Shown one piece after another: positions 39,029 to 53,100 of a stretch of DNA of 64,000 nucleotides (position 1 is its first letter; each line of letters opens with the position of its first letter). The stretch spans positions 12,772,001 to 12,836,000 of the forward strand of contig JBHGNT010000004.1 in the NCBI GenBank assembly GCA_043228905.1. Reading direction: 5' to 3'. The DNA is from Azolla caroliniana. Lineage: Eukaryota > Plantae > Polypodiophyta. The translations under genes and the position numbers were made by a program. The notes beneath the pieces were generated by a model. The model had not been told where the DNA came from. It searched no databases and saw only the letters and a list, made by a program, of their open reading frames with translations.

Positions 39029-40354
39029 TAGATATATGTATACTTACACACACATTAGATATGTATATGTATACTTACACATAAATAAATTAGATATTAC
39101 ATAGCACATAATCCATACCTATTACACAATATACAAATTTACACATGCATAAATTACATATATACATACATAGATATATTACATATGTACATACATATTC
39201 TACATATCACCATATGTATAGATCATACTAGACCATACAAACCACAATACTTACATACACACACACACATTAGATATATGTATACTTACACATACATTGG
39301 ATATATACATGCATATTACATACATATTACAAACATACATCCATATACGAGCCATATACATATGTACTAAACATGAAAATATCCCAAAAATATAGATACA
39401 TAAATACATTACATATATACACGTACATACATTCATACATTTACATATATATGACCACATACACACACATACATACATACATTAGATATATATGCACATA
39501 TTACAAACATATTCATACTCATTAAATCATGTATATCAACATATACATATATGCATACACATACATACATTACATATGTACATACATATTCCACATATCA
39601 CCATATATATATGTACATATGCCTACAATGTTTAAAGTTTTACAAACATACATCCATACACATATATACATACATTACATGCATGCATACACATACATAC
39701 ATGTATACTTACACATACATAAATATTATGAACACACTCATGTATGCATAGTACACTATTACACATACAAACATACATGCATTGCATATTACATATATAT
39801 ACATATGTACATGCATACATGTACATTCATGTGTGTACATACATACATTGCATATGCATATATTACAATCACATTCATATACATTGAATCATGTACATTG
39901 TCATATATATGCATACACGTATGTACATTCATACATGGACATACCTATATTCATTTATATATTGCTACAGTCTACATATACATAAATTAGATATATACAT
40001 AAATATTACAATCACACATCCATACACATTGAATCATGTACATTGTCATTTGGATATATGCATACACATACATACATACGTACATTAAATATGGATATAT
40101 GCATACACATATGTACATTCGTATATGGACATACATATCTTCATTTATACATTGCTACACATACATACACATATATACATTAGATATCTACATAGATATT
40201 ATGCATATATTACAATCACACATCAATACACATTGAATCATGTACATTTGCATATGCATATATGCATACACATATATACATTCGTACATGGACATACATA
40301 TAGTCTTTTATACATTGCTACATGTACATACACATACATACATACATACATACA

Positions 40355-40387
<33 letters not shown>

Positions 40388-40809
40388 TAGATATACACAC
40401 ACATACGTATATATATATACACCTACATATAGTCTTCTATACATACACATACATTACATATGGATATATGCAAACACATATGTACATTCGTACATGGACA
40501 TACATATATTCATTTATACATTGCTACATATACATACACATATATATACATAGATATTATGCACATATTACAATCACACATCTATACACATTGAATCATG
40601 TACATTTGCATATGCATATATGCATACACATACATACAATCTTTTATACATTGCTACATGTACATACACATACATACATATTACAAACAAATATCCACAC
40701 ACACACACACACACACACACAAATATACATACATTACATATTACATATGTACATTCATTCATTCATGTTTATTCATTGAAGCATACATATTTTATGCATA
40801 CATTACATA

Positions 40810-40845
<36 letters not shown>

Positions 40846-41617
40846 TATTCATTCATTCATTCATGCATGCATGCATACATTATGTGCACATACATTCATA
40901 CTAAACATACATTCAAACATTCATGTTTTTTAATTTAGATATTTGCGGCCTCCTCCTTTGCTCCCTCCTCTTCTCTGCTCATTTCTGTGATTGCTTATTC
41001 TCCCCTTCTTTTTGTCCTCGTTTTGCCGCCGCCTCTGTTCTCATTTTGCCGCCGCCGCCGCCGCCACCGCTCGCCTTGTCGTGCCGCTTTTGCTCACCAT
41101 TATTCTCTGTTGGGGCTGCCACAACTATTCTACAAATATTTTACAGGTACACATAAGTACAAACATAAACCAACACATAAATTCTTAGCCACACACACAC
41201 ACGTACATACATACATACATACATAAACACACACACACACACACACACGGGCCATACATACAATAAACGAAATTAGTACATTACAATACAATATGTACAT
41301 ATATACACACATACATACATACACATGGAATACAAACAATACATACATAAACACACACACACACACATGTGTAGAATATACATACACACATGTACACACA
41401 TATATATTGTATGGAACATACATACACACATACCTATATACACATATATACACTTACATACATACACATTTACACATATAACACATACATACAATACAAT
41501 ATGTGCACACATACATACATAAACACACACACACACACACACACACGTGTAGAATATACATACACATATGGACACATATATATGTTGTATGGAACATACA
41601 TACACACACACAAACAT
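37260..41617. repeat. Degenerate (TACA/CA/TA)n satellite with higher-order units of about 150 bp
   Basis: Block AATTGGCCATATATATTGACATAC recurs four times between 37460 and 37960; other blocks recur at 39880-40660 and 41340-41617. Confidence 0.9.
38020..38208. mobile_element. Mutator-type MITE, copy 2 (internally deleted)
   Basis: Same TIRs as 19598-19910; 9-bp TSD TTTTATATA. Confidence 0.92.
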
Positions 41618-42337
41618 ATTGTTGAGGATGAGACTGTGATTAAGCGGAATGTTAAGTGGGATAGCTCAAATGAATTACTTTTGGGTTTTTGTGGGTTGAA
41701 GTCATCCAATCATCAATGTGTCTCATCATGTATGATAAAGGTGGGTGACTCTAATGTTGATTATGAAACCATTGTTAGCTCCTTTAAAGACTATGTGGTT
41801 GGACACTATGCTAGGGTGTTAATTGCGAATCCTCTTCACCCTAAACTTCCACGATTAGTATTGGTTGTACAATGTACATGTAATTGCTTTGATGTAGATT
41901 TTGTAAAATGCCAATGGAATGAAGTGGAAACTTTATGGGAAAAACACCTCTCCACAAGTATTGGGCCAATTGTTGGACATGTATTTGATGGAGATAGTAG
42001 GAGAAGAAAGAGTATGCTTCAAGTTTACTTAACCCCAAGCATATGCTTAAGATATAAATTGCCTTGGGATGGTTGGATCTTCATAGGTCAAATGCATAAT
42101 GATATGGTAAGTTGTCTTCATGATCAAGATTTCATCCATAATGGAAAGAAACTTGTGAATGCACTAGATAATCCCTCAAGACAATTAGTAATTGGGGATG
42201 TATGGATCACATTGAATCATGTGTCTTTGGTATATAATAACTTCTCTATTGATGCACATGGCTTAAGGGAATGTGATATTACGAGAGAAGATAGGCAAAA
42301 TTGGGCTAGAGCTCAAAGAATTGCAAGTAGAAATGTA
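41618..42337 (+). pseudogene. DDE transposase core fragment, P-element-like
   Basis: EDET, GHVFDGDSRRR, QDFIHNGKKLVN (DxxH) and DRQNWARAQRI. N- and C-terminal parts are missing. Confidence 0.7.
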
Positions 42338-43323
42338 GAAACCAAATATAAACCTACGGTATTCCAAATATATTTTCTGATTTCTTTACTTCCATGTATA
42401 TTAAGATTTCTTGCTTTTGTTGTTACATTTTATGATATAGGTCCAATGTTGAAGTGGAAACGACATGAAATTTACAGCCTAAAATGAACTTCTTAGGGTT
42501 TTCTTTTTATATACTCAGTCTTTATAAGGGTAACCTTTATTGCAATAAGTTTTTTAAGTAGATATTGCAATAACAAAATGATTTATTTTATTTCAATTTG
42601 ATTTGGGTAAGAGTATGTGAATAGATGATGTCTTACATTTCAAATGGAAATATGAAGTAGGTTGCCATTTGTTTGATCCATGTGTTTGAGAAAAAATAAT
42701 ATTATGTCTTTATATGAGTCTATATCCATGAAATCAAACATAATGTTAATTTCTTAGTAATTTCATTATTGATATGCATTTTGGATTGTTCCATATGTGC
42801 TCTTTGAGATGTATGTGTTAAGTTCAAGATTGTTTTATTGTAAATTACATTGTTTTTTATCACTCAATGTTCTTCATACGTCTCAATAAACTAAAAACAA
42901 AAACTTATATGTGGCTTGTATATGTTATACTTGTAGTGTTTTTGGGTAATGTTTCATAATTGTGTGTACATTACTTTGTACTTTACACATTGTGTTTTCA
43001 ATCTATGTGGCACTTAATGAAGCATTTCTAGGAATTTGCATATGATGTTTAATGTCGATTCATAATTTTGCGAGTCATCAATTATAAAGATGGTCATTGA
43101 TCCCTTCTAGGATCGCAACCTATGTGTGCATGTATATTTTATATGTAAGGGTATTTAAAATGGGTGGTTATCAAAAAATATATTGGTAATAAGGGGTATT
43201 TTTATTAATCTTTTTTCTACATAAGGGTTACTAAAATAGTAAAAACCATACGTATAAGGGGTTTATAAATGATGTCATGAACGCACGTGATACAACCTTC
43301 TTATGTATAGTGGAGTCCCCGGG

Positions 43324-45002
43324 ACTACTTGATTAGGTCAGAAGTGATAATTGAGATGGATTTTCTCCCAATCCTCGGGATGATCTCAGGGTGTGCGACA
43401 CCAGATCTGGCTATGCTAAGGTGGATCACCTATATCAAGTCTTTGAACCTAGAAATCTGCCACATTGCAGGAAAGAACAACGCCATGGCGCTGACATGCT
43501 GTCAAGAGCAAGATTTGAGAATGAAGGTGACATGGTTTCAGAAGATGAAGACGTCACCCTCGACTTCTTCAAGACGGCCGGACTGTCGGCAAAAGACAAG
43601 GACACGCCAAACCTCCACGCCTTCAACGAGAACGAGTACGAGGGAGAGTGGTTACTGATCGGTAGGTTCTTGAGAACAATGACGACGGATGCTTCATGGA
43701 CGAAGGAGGAGGCTCTACGAATCCGGAAGAAATCTTACCAATACTTTCTAAAGGGAGGATTCCTCTAGCGGCACCCAAAGAGAATGACAGGAATTCCACA
43801 TCGAGTAGTGGTGAAGAGAGAGGACCAAGCAACACTGATGTCTGAATTCCACGAGAGTCCTTGGGTAGGTCATAAAGGAACATGGGCGACATTTGAAAAG
43901 CTGAAGGAGAAGTACTGGTGGCCGAGCATGTATAAAGATGTACTTCATTTCGAGTCCACATGCGAAAATTTCCAAGTACATTCGAACATATGTCACCGTG
44001 ATGAGTTATGACCAACATACCCACTCACCATACACTTCAAATGGATGGTGGATTTGGTTTCGATGCCAATGGCAGTGGGATAATGAAGTACTAGGTACTA
44101 GCAAGAGAAGACCTGACAAATAAAGTAGAAGGACGAGCCTTGGCAAATAAGATGACATCAGCCGTTTGCAAATCTCTACTCGAAGAGGTTGTCTGCCGAT
44201 GTGGATGTGTAGGAAAGATAGTAGTTGACAGAGGGGAGCTGGATGCAAGCGAAGCAATGGAGCTCTTCGAGCGACTAGGCGTGAAGCTCTCCCTCATGAC
44301 CACCTACAATCCGGAAGCAAATGGGAAGATCAAACGAGGCCATGGACCAATAGTCAAAGCCATCGTACGAGCATGTGACAGTCGAGTCGGGAACTGGCCG
44401 CAACTATTGCCCTATGCCTTGTGGGCCGACAGAACTACGCACAGTTTTGTGATAGGTATATGGCAATAGAGCTTATGTATGGGTAGAAACCGGTAATGCC
44501 CATTGAAAAGATGATCGCCTCTTGGGTAGCGATACCATGGGAGAGCGAGATGAACTGAGAAGAATTACTAGCGGCACGAATAAGGCAGCTCGAAAGAAGA
44601 CCTGAAGATCTAGAAAATGCGCAAAAGATAATGGAGGCAACTCGAGTGAGGAACAAGATTCAGTTCAACAAGACACATTGAATGCGTCCCAAGAAAATCG
44701 AAGAAGGAGATTGGGTACTGGTCTACGACAACAGCCTTGACAATCAACAGAGGACAACAAGAAAGTTCTCAAGAAGGTGGTTCAGACCATATGTGGTGAT
44801 GAGTGCCAACGACAATGCCACCTACCACCTTGTAGAGCTAGATGGATTAAGGTTGGCCATACCCATTTCGGGGAAAAGAGTAAAAATCTTCAAGAAAAGA
44901 CAAGATGAGGGTAATGACCTCGATGATCTCAACAGTGAAGATGGTAGGGTGGAACCTGCAAACGTGAACGAGGTCAACGAGGACTTGGAGGAATCGGATT
45001 GA
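43324..45002 (+). pseudogene. G1 RNase H 3' part and integrase
   Basis: ADMLSR, H....GH..C..C, DRGEL, YNPEANG, ALWADRTT. Confidence 0.9.
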
Positions 45003-45242
45003 TCACCGTAACTGAAATCTCACACTCTCTTCTTGGCACGTACCGGAGGCCGTGTGGTTTAGTGGGGATGGATGTCGTGAAGAGTTTCGGCAATGGTGTG
45101 AAAATCACGTGGAAAGGAGAAAACCGAGAAGGGTTCATTTTCGCGCTTCTCTCATTGTTTTTTCTTAGTGAGTTATCCCACATATATATGCAACTAGTAT
45201 GACTCTCTCTATATATACCAAGTTATCTCATATATATATGAT

Positions 45243-45273
<31 letters not shown>

Positions 45274-46101
45274 TCGTTTGAACTTCTATTCGGCCGACTA
45301 CCATTTGACTGAATCCCGTTTCGGCTTTCCGGTCGATTTCAGCCAACCGACTTTTTTTTGGCTTTCTAACTGATTTCGGCAGCCGACTCCCATTTTGTCT
45401 TTTTGGTCGATTTCGGCCAACTAACTCTTGTTTTAGCTTTCTGACCGATTTCAGCAACCGACTCTCATTTCGGCTTTTTCGGTCGATTTAAGCCAACTGA
45501 CTCTTGTTTCGGCTTTCTGACCGATTTTGGCCAACTGACTCTCCCACAAGGAGGAACAATCTTACATAACACAATTGACTTACCACAAAGCCAAGTCATT
45601 TCTTAGAAAGTTCTATTTTCATCATTATACTTTTTCATATGTAAATTCTCATACATGAGAGCTTGAATGAATGACATGGTTATCATGCATTTCATGTAAT
45701 GCATGAGCGCCAAATGGCAAACATGCATCGCATGCTTTCATGCATTACATGCATGTCTTGTACCCTCACATGCATCATATGCATGGGGGCATCTATAAAA
45801 GAGTGGAGGAAAAAGAAAAGGGGATCAATGAATTGATCAAGAAAGCTATGTACTGAATTAAGAAGACAATAATAAAATCTAGTTATCTTATTGGTGATAT
45901 ATCTTGTCTCTCAAAATTGAAGTCAAGGGTGCAAAAACTCGCTCTTAATCTATGTTTGAATTAGAATCTCCTTCTCTCAATCTCTCTCTGTATCTATCTT
46001 AAATACTTTCTCACTAAAACTAGTACAACCTTCGAATCCTTCTAGTCCAGGACCCCGATGGTCCCACTTCATTTCGCAAACGCGCGAGGATTTCCTTGAC
46101 A

Positions 46102-46680
46102 CCGTACAAAAGAAACAAAAGCCACTAGCAAATTTTCTTTTGCATAAAGCATCACCCAAATGTCATCCACCAACCATAATCTTCCAAATAAACACCTTGG
46201 CTCTAAATGACAAATGTGAACACCAACCCTTTTGGAGTACATTTTTCCACCAAATTGTTAGCTTATGAAAAGACCATACCTTAATTACCCTTTTTTCTAA
46301 CCACATATGTTTAACAATAATTGTATGATAAACCTCATTCGTTGAAACCATACTTAAGTTGTCCCCCCCGTATCAGAAGTCCAATCAAGATATAGAGAAT
46401 CTTCATTCAAATGTGGCAATGCCCTTGCAAGACTAATAATCCTTGTAATTTATCCCAAATGTGCCGATAATTGCGTGGAATTCCAAATGCTAACCTAGCA
46501 GTACGAAAATCCATCAACCTTCTTTGAGAAGTCAAAATTGAATCTTTTAGTGATACCAATCCTAATCAAGCCATTTGATTAAATTGATGTTGGAAAGATT
46601 GTTTACTTTCCCAATCCAACAACCTTGATGTTGCCAAAATCTCTAGTTGTAGAGAATTTGCATGCTCTGTGTGTGGTGGG
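46102..46680 (-). mobile_element. L1-like LINE, middle segment
   Basis: KVFIWKIMVGG..LGDAL....CFFCT zf-RVT start. Confidence 0.82.
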
Positions 46681-46761
46681 TGTCAGGAATAGTATTGAGA
46701 CAGAGAAGAAATTAGTACTAAGAGAGGAATAGAGGGTGTAGAACACTCGAGAGAAGGAGAG

Positions 46762-47185
46762 TGTCATGATATGGCAAGACTCGAACCCATGACCTTATGC
46801 TACATGGGTCGAGCTCTTACCATTAGACTATGAATTGTAATTTATAGGATATTATTTTCATTTATGCTTTATCATAGAAAATTGATGTATATTCCAGATC
46901 TCTCTGGAACATTCTAGAAGCTTCAGGATTATTCCTAAAAACACTATAAAAGGAGGCACAAGGCATTGTTTTGAACCAAATTGGTTCAACACCAGTCTTA
47001 AGCCTCTTAGCCGATTTGTACTTATCTTTCATATAATATAAGAGCTGCTGTCATCATCCTATCTCTCTCTCTCCTCTTCTCACTTCCTCTCTCTCGGGAA
47101 TCTTACGCAGTCCCCTCCTCTTAGTACTAATTGTACTGCTCTTTTTAGTACTAATTCCATCTCTGCTTTAGTACTATTCCTGACA
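46762..47185 (+). mobile_element. Solo LTR of the same Tcn1-like family, antisense inside the T1 3' LTR
   Basis: TGTCATG...CCTGACA; TSD GAGAG/TAGAG. Confidence 0.88.
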
Positions 47186-47529
47186 TAGAGAGAGAGTGAG
47201 AAATCGAGGGATAGAAAATGATAATGATAACGATATATTATGTGAGAAGAATATACAAGGAAGGCTAGGTGGCTTAAGACTGGTGTTGAACTGATTTGGT
47301 TCGAAATAATGCCTTGTGCCTCCTTTTATAGTGTTCTCAGGAGTAGTCCTGAAGCTTCTAGAATGTTCCAGAGAAATCTAGAATATACATTAATTTTCTA
47401 TAGTAAAACTTAAATAAAAATAACATTCTATGTATTACAATAGATAGTGTAATGGTCAAGAGCTCGACCCATATAATATAAGGTCATGGGTTCAAGTCTT
47501 GCCATATCATGACACTATCCCCCCTTTAA

Positions 47530-49738
47530 AACGACGAGTCTTCAAGAAGAGCACGAGCATTGGTCACATTCTCTATTGGTTCCCAAGTACGCTCGCTGGG
47601 ACTATATCCTAGCCAATTGACTAAATAGTAGAGCTTGTTGCAAACAATCTTGGAATCGAGGATGGCAGCAACCTCGTACTCAAGTCCATCTTCAAGTTCG
47701 ATTGAGGGTGGAGGTTGTGGAATACGTCATGGGATGGTGTTTTCTTGATAGGGTTCGAGGAGAGAACTATGAAACACCGGATGTATGCGCAGTTGAAGGG
47801 GTAGATCGAGACGAAAAGAGACATCATTAATCTTTCCGATAATATGCAAAGGACCTAATCGCCGATAATCCAACTTCTCACATGGGCGAGTAGTATTGAT
47901 GTGTCATCGTAGTAGCCATACCCGATCTCCAATGTTAAAACTAGATGGAAGCCGATGACGATCTGCGTAAACCTTGTGTGTTTGTTGAGCTTGCTATAGA
48001 TGACTAGATAAATCTGCTTGTATCTTGCGTAACTGCTCCAAACGATCCTCTGCACAAGGATCATTTGGAGCAGTTACGAGTAGAGCTTGTTGCGAACAAT
48101 CTTGGAATCGAGGATGGCAGCAACCTCATACTCAAGTCCATCTTCAAGTTCGATTGAGGGTGGAGGTTGTGGAATACGTCATGGGATGGTGTTGTCTTGA
48201 TAGGGTTCAAGGAGAGAACTATGAAACACCGGATGTATGCGCAGTTGAAGGGGTAGATCGAGACGAAAAGCGACATCATTAATCTTTCCGATAATATGGA
48301 AAGGACCTAATCGCCGATAATCCAACTTCTCACATGGGCGAGTAGTATTGATGTGTCGTCGTAGTAGCCATACCCGATCTCCAATGTTAAAACTAGATGG
48401 AAGCCGATGACGATCTGCGTAAACCTTGTGTGTTTGTTGAGCTTGCTATAGATGAGTAGATAAATCTGCTTGTATCTTGCGTAACTGCTCCAAACGATCC
48501 TCTGCGCAAGGATTTGTGGGTAGCTCTAGGGTTTCAAATACACACCACCAAGGGTGACAACCCGTATAAGCATAAAATGGTGTAACTTTAGTCGATAAGT
48601 GGACAGAGTTATTATAGGCAAATTCGGTGAAGTGGAGAATATGCGCCCAATCATCCTGATGATAGCTTAGAAAGCACTGAAGATATTGCTCCAACGTTTG
48701 ATTTGTTCATTCTGCTTGGCCGTCGGTTTGCGGGTGGTAGCCGGAGGAGAGATTACAAGTGACCTTGAGCATTTTGAAAAGGTTCTTCCAGAATTTCGAG
48801 ACGAATTGGGGTCCACGATCGCTGATGATATTATCAGGAAGGCCATGATGTAGACATACTTCACGCATGACAATTTCGGCGGTTTCTTCACTGGAGATTT
48901 CCTTAGTACATGGCAGGAAATGCACCATCTTCGTATATCGATCTACTACTGTTAAAATTGCATTGAATCCATTAGAGACTGGAAGATCTGTGATGAAATC
49001 TAGAGCAATGGATTGCCACGGCTTGCTTGGAATTGGTAATGGTTCTAATAAACCATATGGATGATGCAAACCATTAGGAACGTACAAGAGTTTCTTAAGG
49101 AAGAGTAATCCATCATGACATTCGAATTGTCGATAGTCCGTACCTGGTTGTTGTGTTTGTGAACAAGATGCTCGAGAGGGATCAATTTGTGATAGAATAG
49201 CTTGGGGGAAGGCATCTATCTTCAAGTCCTCATGTATGGTATCGATAACGTGGGAATCCAAGGGCATGCTGAAGACTTGTGTTGCTTGCAGTCGTGCCGG
49301 TCCCAAGATTACTTGCTTTTGGTTATCGAAAGTTGGTTCGCAGGAACGCGATGCTAGATACGAACGCCATGATAATGCATCTGCCTTCCCTTGGTGCTTC
49401 CCCGGACGATATGTAATTTTGAAGTCGAAATGCATGAGGAATTGGGCCCACCGAGCTTGACGTCGATTTAACACATGAGCACTCTGAAAGTAGGCAAGGT
49501 TTTTGTGATCACTAAATACGGTGACTTGATGAGAGGATCCCTCTAGAAAATGCCTCCATTGCGTAAAAGAGTCCACTATTGCTAATAGCTCCTTATGATG
49601 AATTTCATTGTTGATTTCGGCAGCGTCAAACTTGCGTGAGTGGAAAGCCACAGGATGTAGCTTTTCATCACTACCTTGTTGTGACATAATGCTACCCAAT
49701 ACGAAATCCGACGTGTCCGCTTCTATGATAAATGGTTT
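47530..49738 (-). pseudogene. T1 RNase H, integrase and chromodomain
   Basis: IEADTSDF, DHKNL, KADALS, DFITDLP, SDRGPQF, HPQTDGQ, EYEVAAILDSK. Confidence 0.88.
47627..48513. repeat. 435-bp tandem duplication with fold-back filler
   Basis: Copies at 47627-48061 and 48079-48513. Confidence 0.9.
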
Positions 49739-50169
49739 AGGGTACAAGACATGCATGTAGTGCATGAACGCCAAATGGCGATCATGCATTACATGTGATG
49801 CATGATAGACATCCCACACATTTGAGCTTTCATGTATGCAAATATACATGGGATAAGTACAAACATTAAAATATAAAGTTAAAAGAACAAATGACCTAGC
49901 CTAATGGTATGTGCCTTGTGTTTGGTATGTGAGGTCGTGGGTTCAAGTCTCTCGAATGTTACTCAATACATTATTTTAGTTTATTTTTCTATCGTGAAGC
50001 AAATCCTTCACGACACCTAAACTCCCACACACTCCTATTCATCGAGGCCTCACACTTTATATAACGTTTTACAAACATTTGAATAAGCTCATATAAATTG
50101 GTAGAGGTTATTTTCTCATCGTGGCATGGAAATGTCACGACATCTTCCCCCTCTAGACATGCGTATCCT

Positions 50170-53100
50170 CTGGCATGCGCCAATGAATGTCTCCTTTCTT
50201 CAGCTTCATGGATGTCATCTCCGTTGAGGAAGTTAGTGCTTTGATCTTCCCTTCTCTTAAATAGCTTAATTCGCGTTCCTGCAATTGGTAACTTTAAAGA
50301 AACTCCATCCATTTCAGTTAAGAAATATATTGCATTTTTATTCACTTGTCTAATAATATATGGCCCGAACCATCTTTTGGCAAATTTGCGAGAAGAACTA
50401 TGTTGGTTATCTAAGCTGCTATCATAAACTATGACCCAATCACCTTCTTGGAGCTTTCTTGGTCAAAGGCGATGGGTTTTATTAAATCTTTCTTTCTTCC
50501 ATAGTCGACATTGTTTCATCCTTTCTATAGCTATTTGAACATCTTCATCCCTTGTTTGTAGTTGTCTTATTCTAAGAGCAAGCAAATCTTCTCAACTCAT
50601 TTCATCTGCCCATGGCAAGGCAACCTAGGAAAATACCGATCGCTCTACTGGCATAATTGGTTTTTGACCAAGTATCAATTCTGATGGCATAAAGCTAGTT
50701 ATGGAACTATGAGTAGTGCGGTCAGCCCATAGTGCATACGGTAACAGATGAGGCCAGTTAGCTTTCTTGCCATCACAAGCTTTCACCAAAGCTTTTACTA
50801 TAGAGCTATGTCCATGCTCAGCCTTCCCATTAGCTTCAGGGTTATATGCCGTAGTTAAGGACAATCGAATTCCTATTCTTGAAAAAAATTGTTCAGCTTC
50901 ATTAGAATCTAGTTCTCCTCTGTCTGCAACAATCTTCCCAATGCACCCGTACCTACATATCACATCTTCAAGAAGGAACTTACAAACAACTGAAGTGGTT
51001 TTTTGGTGTAGGGCTCGACCTTGCACTTGATTTGTCAAATCTTCTCTTGCCAATACAAGATATCTCATTTGCCAAACCCCCACAAGCATCATTACAATAT
51101 CCACAACCCATTTATAATGTAGAGATAAAGAATAAGTAGGTTGCAACCCATCACGATGCCGAATATTCGAATACATTTGGCAGTTCTCACATGATTGTAC
51201 ATAATCTGCAACATCATTGTATATTCTAGCCCACCAAAACTTCTCTTTTAATTTCGAGTAGGTGGCCCAAACTCCACAATGACCTACCCATAAAGTATCA
51301 TGAAATTCAAATATTAGTTTTTGTTGCTCTCCCTTCTTCCAACCACTCTTTGCGGAATCCCTCTCACAACTTTTGGATGTCTCCAAAGATATCCCTCATG
51401 AAGAAAAAAATTATAAGCTTTCTTTCTTATTTTATGAAATAGCTCCCTTGACCATGTTCCATCTTTCTCATGAGTACTCAAGTATTTTCCAATTTGTAAC
51501 ATCTCCCCCTCGTACTCAGATTCACGAAGAATAACATGAACACCCAAATCACATGACCACTTCAAGTTACAATTTATGGAAAAGAAATCAAAACTCTCAT
51601 TTTCGTCATCAGTCATTACCATAGTATTTTTACCTTTAAACCTCGCTCTTGAGAGCATATCGGCAACTGGATTATCTGTTCCTGCAATGTGCTTGATTTC
51701 AGGACATAGTGATTTTATGTAGGCTATCCATCTAAGCATAGCTATATCAAATGTTTCACAACTTGAAATCATTCCTAGCAATGGACGACAATCTGTTTCA
51801 ACCACAACTTCAGCACCAATTAAGTATTCATGATATGTTTTAATAGCTGTTAACATACCCTCATAACTCTCTTTTAATTTGTGGGTAAGCTCTTTGGCGT
51901 TCTGTTAAGATTTTTGCACCAAATCGAACTGCGTATCTTAACCCATCCTTCTCTTCTTGGCTAACAGCCCAACCGATCCCGATTGGACTTGTATCCATAG
52001 TAACAATGGTGGGGTGTTCACTATCATACCTAGCCTTCCGTAAAACAGGGGCATTCAACAACATTTCCTTTAGTTGGCGAATTGCATCTGTATATACATT
52101 AGTCCAAAGGAAACTTAATTCTTCTTAAGCAACCATAAAGCGGACCAGCCACATGTGCGAAATGTGGAATCCAAATTTGGTAAAACACACACGCACCCAA
52201 AAACCCACGCACTTTTGTTAGAGATTTACAATCATCCTTTAGATTTTGAATTGCATTTACCTTAATTGGGGATGGCTTTCTTCCGTAGGGTCCACACCTG
52301 TGCCCTACAATCAGAACTTCGGGAACCCCAAACATAGATTTTTGACCTGAAAATATAAGATGAACCTCTTCTAACCTTGAAAGGATTCTTTCACAAGCAT
52401 CAATGTGGTCTGCAACAAACTTTCTACATCCATTCGCCATGAGTTTTTCATCCTTCTTATTCATTGAGCATCCTTTTATTGGAACATCATCTAAAAAAGG
52501 CATAGTTATTTTTGGCACAAAATCTCTTAAAATTTTATTCATAGCATTCACCATATGTGCCACTGAATTTGTAGCACCTTGAGGCAATGTACACATTCAC
52601 ATCAATCCAATTGGTGTTATTTTAGTAGTTATATCACGACTATCAATGGCAAGTTGAAATTGATCATATCCTGAATACAAATCACACATACAATATATAG
52701 CTCTTCCTGCAAAAGCTTCTGCAAAGGCATGTACAATCGGTTCAACACCGACATTTCGAATTGTAACTCTATTGACAGGCTGTAAATCCTGAATGAACCT
52801 TAATGAACCGTTCTTTTTAGGTACAGTAAACCACTTATTCGAGTAGGGGGCATCTGATGGCTCCAAGATACCCATTTCTATTTTTTCCTTAAGCAAAGCT
52901 ATTACTTGCGGTATTTGGGCCCGAGGAACAGGGATAGGCCTTAAATTCCAAGGAATATGCGGAACTGTAAATATAATCATTGGTTCCACAATTGTTGGGT
53001 CTACACAACCAATTTCACTTGACTCAAATGCAAATGCTTTCCCATGACCAACAATCATATTTCGAAAACATTGTATCTCAACAGGTAAAAGAAAATCATT

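Larger units (their letters stand above)
37021..43323 (+). mobile_element. TIR DNA transposon with P-element/THAP9-like transposase remnant
   Basis: 17-bp TIR CCCGGGGACT(T/C)CACTAT (16/17 match). Perfect 8-bp TSD ACTACTTG (37013-37020, 43324-43331). Interrupts G1 RNase H. Confidence 0.88.
27420..46101 (+). mobile_element. Ty3/gypsy element G1 (non-chromovirus, Phygy/Selgy-like), heavily nested
   Basis: 5' LTR from 27420 to about 29833 (end deleted into a decayed PBS CCTAATGTGA). PPT at 45061-45072, 3' LTR at 45073-46101. 4-bp TSD CTAT/CCGT. Confidence 0.9.

Noticed and set aside
37235-41617. Many His/Tyr/Ile/Thr-rich or Val/Cys/Met-rich ORFs
   Set aside because: Translations of the TACA/CA satellite on both strands. 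The first ~76 residues of ORF 41390-42487 have the same origin.
48707-49849. 380-aa ORF with a novel His/Met-rich N-terminus
   Set aside because: Chance fusion of the truncated G3 LTR to T1 RNase H-integrase at a deletion junction.
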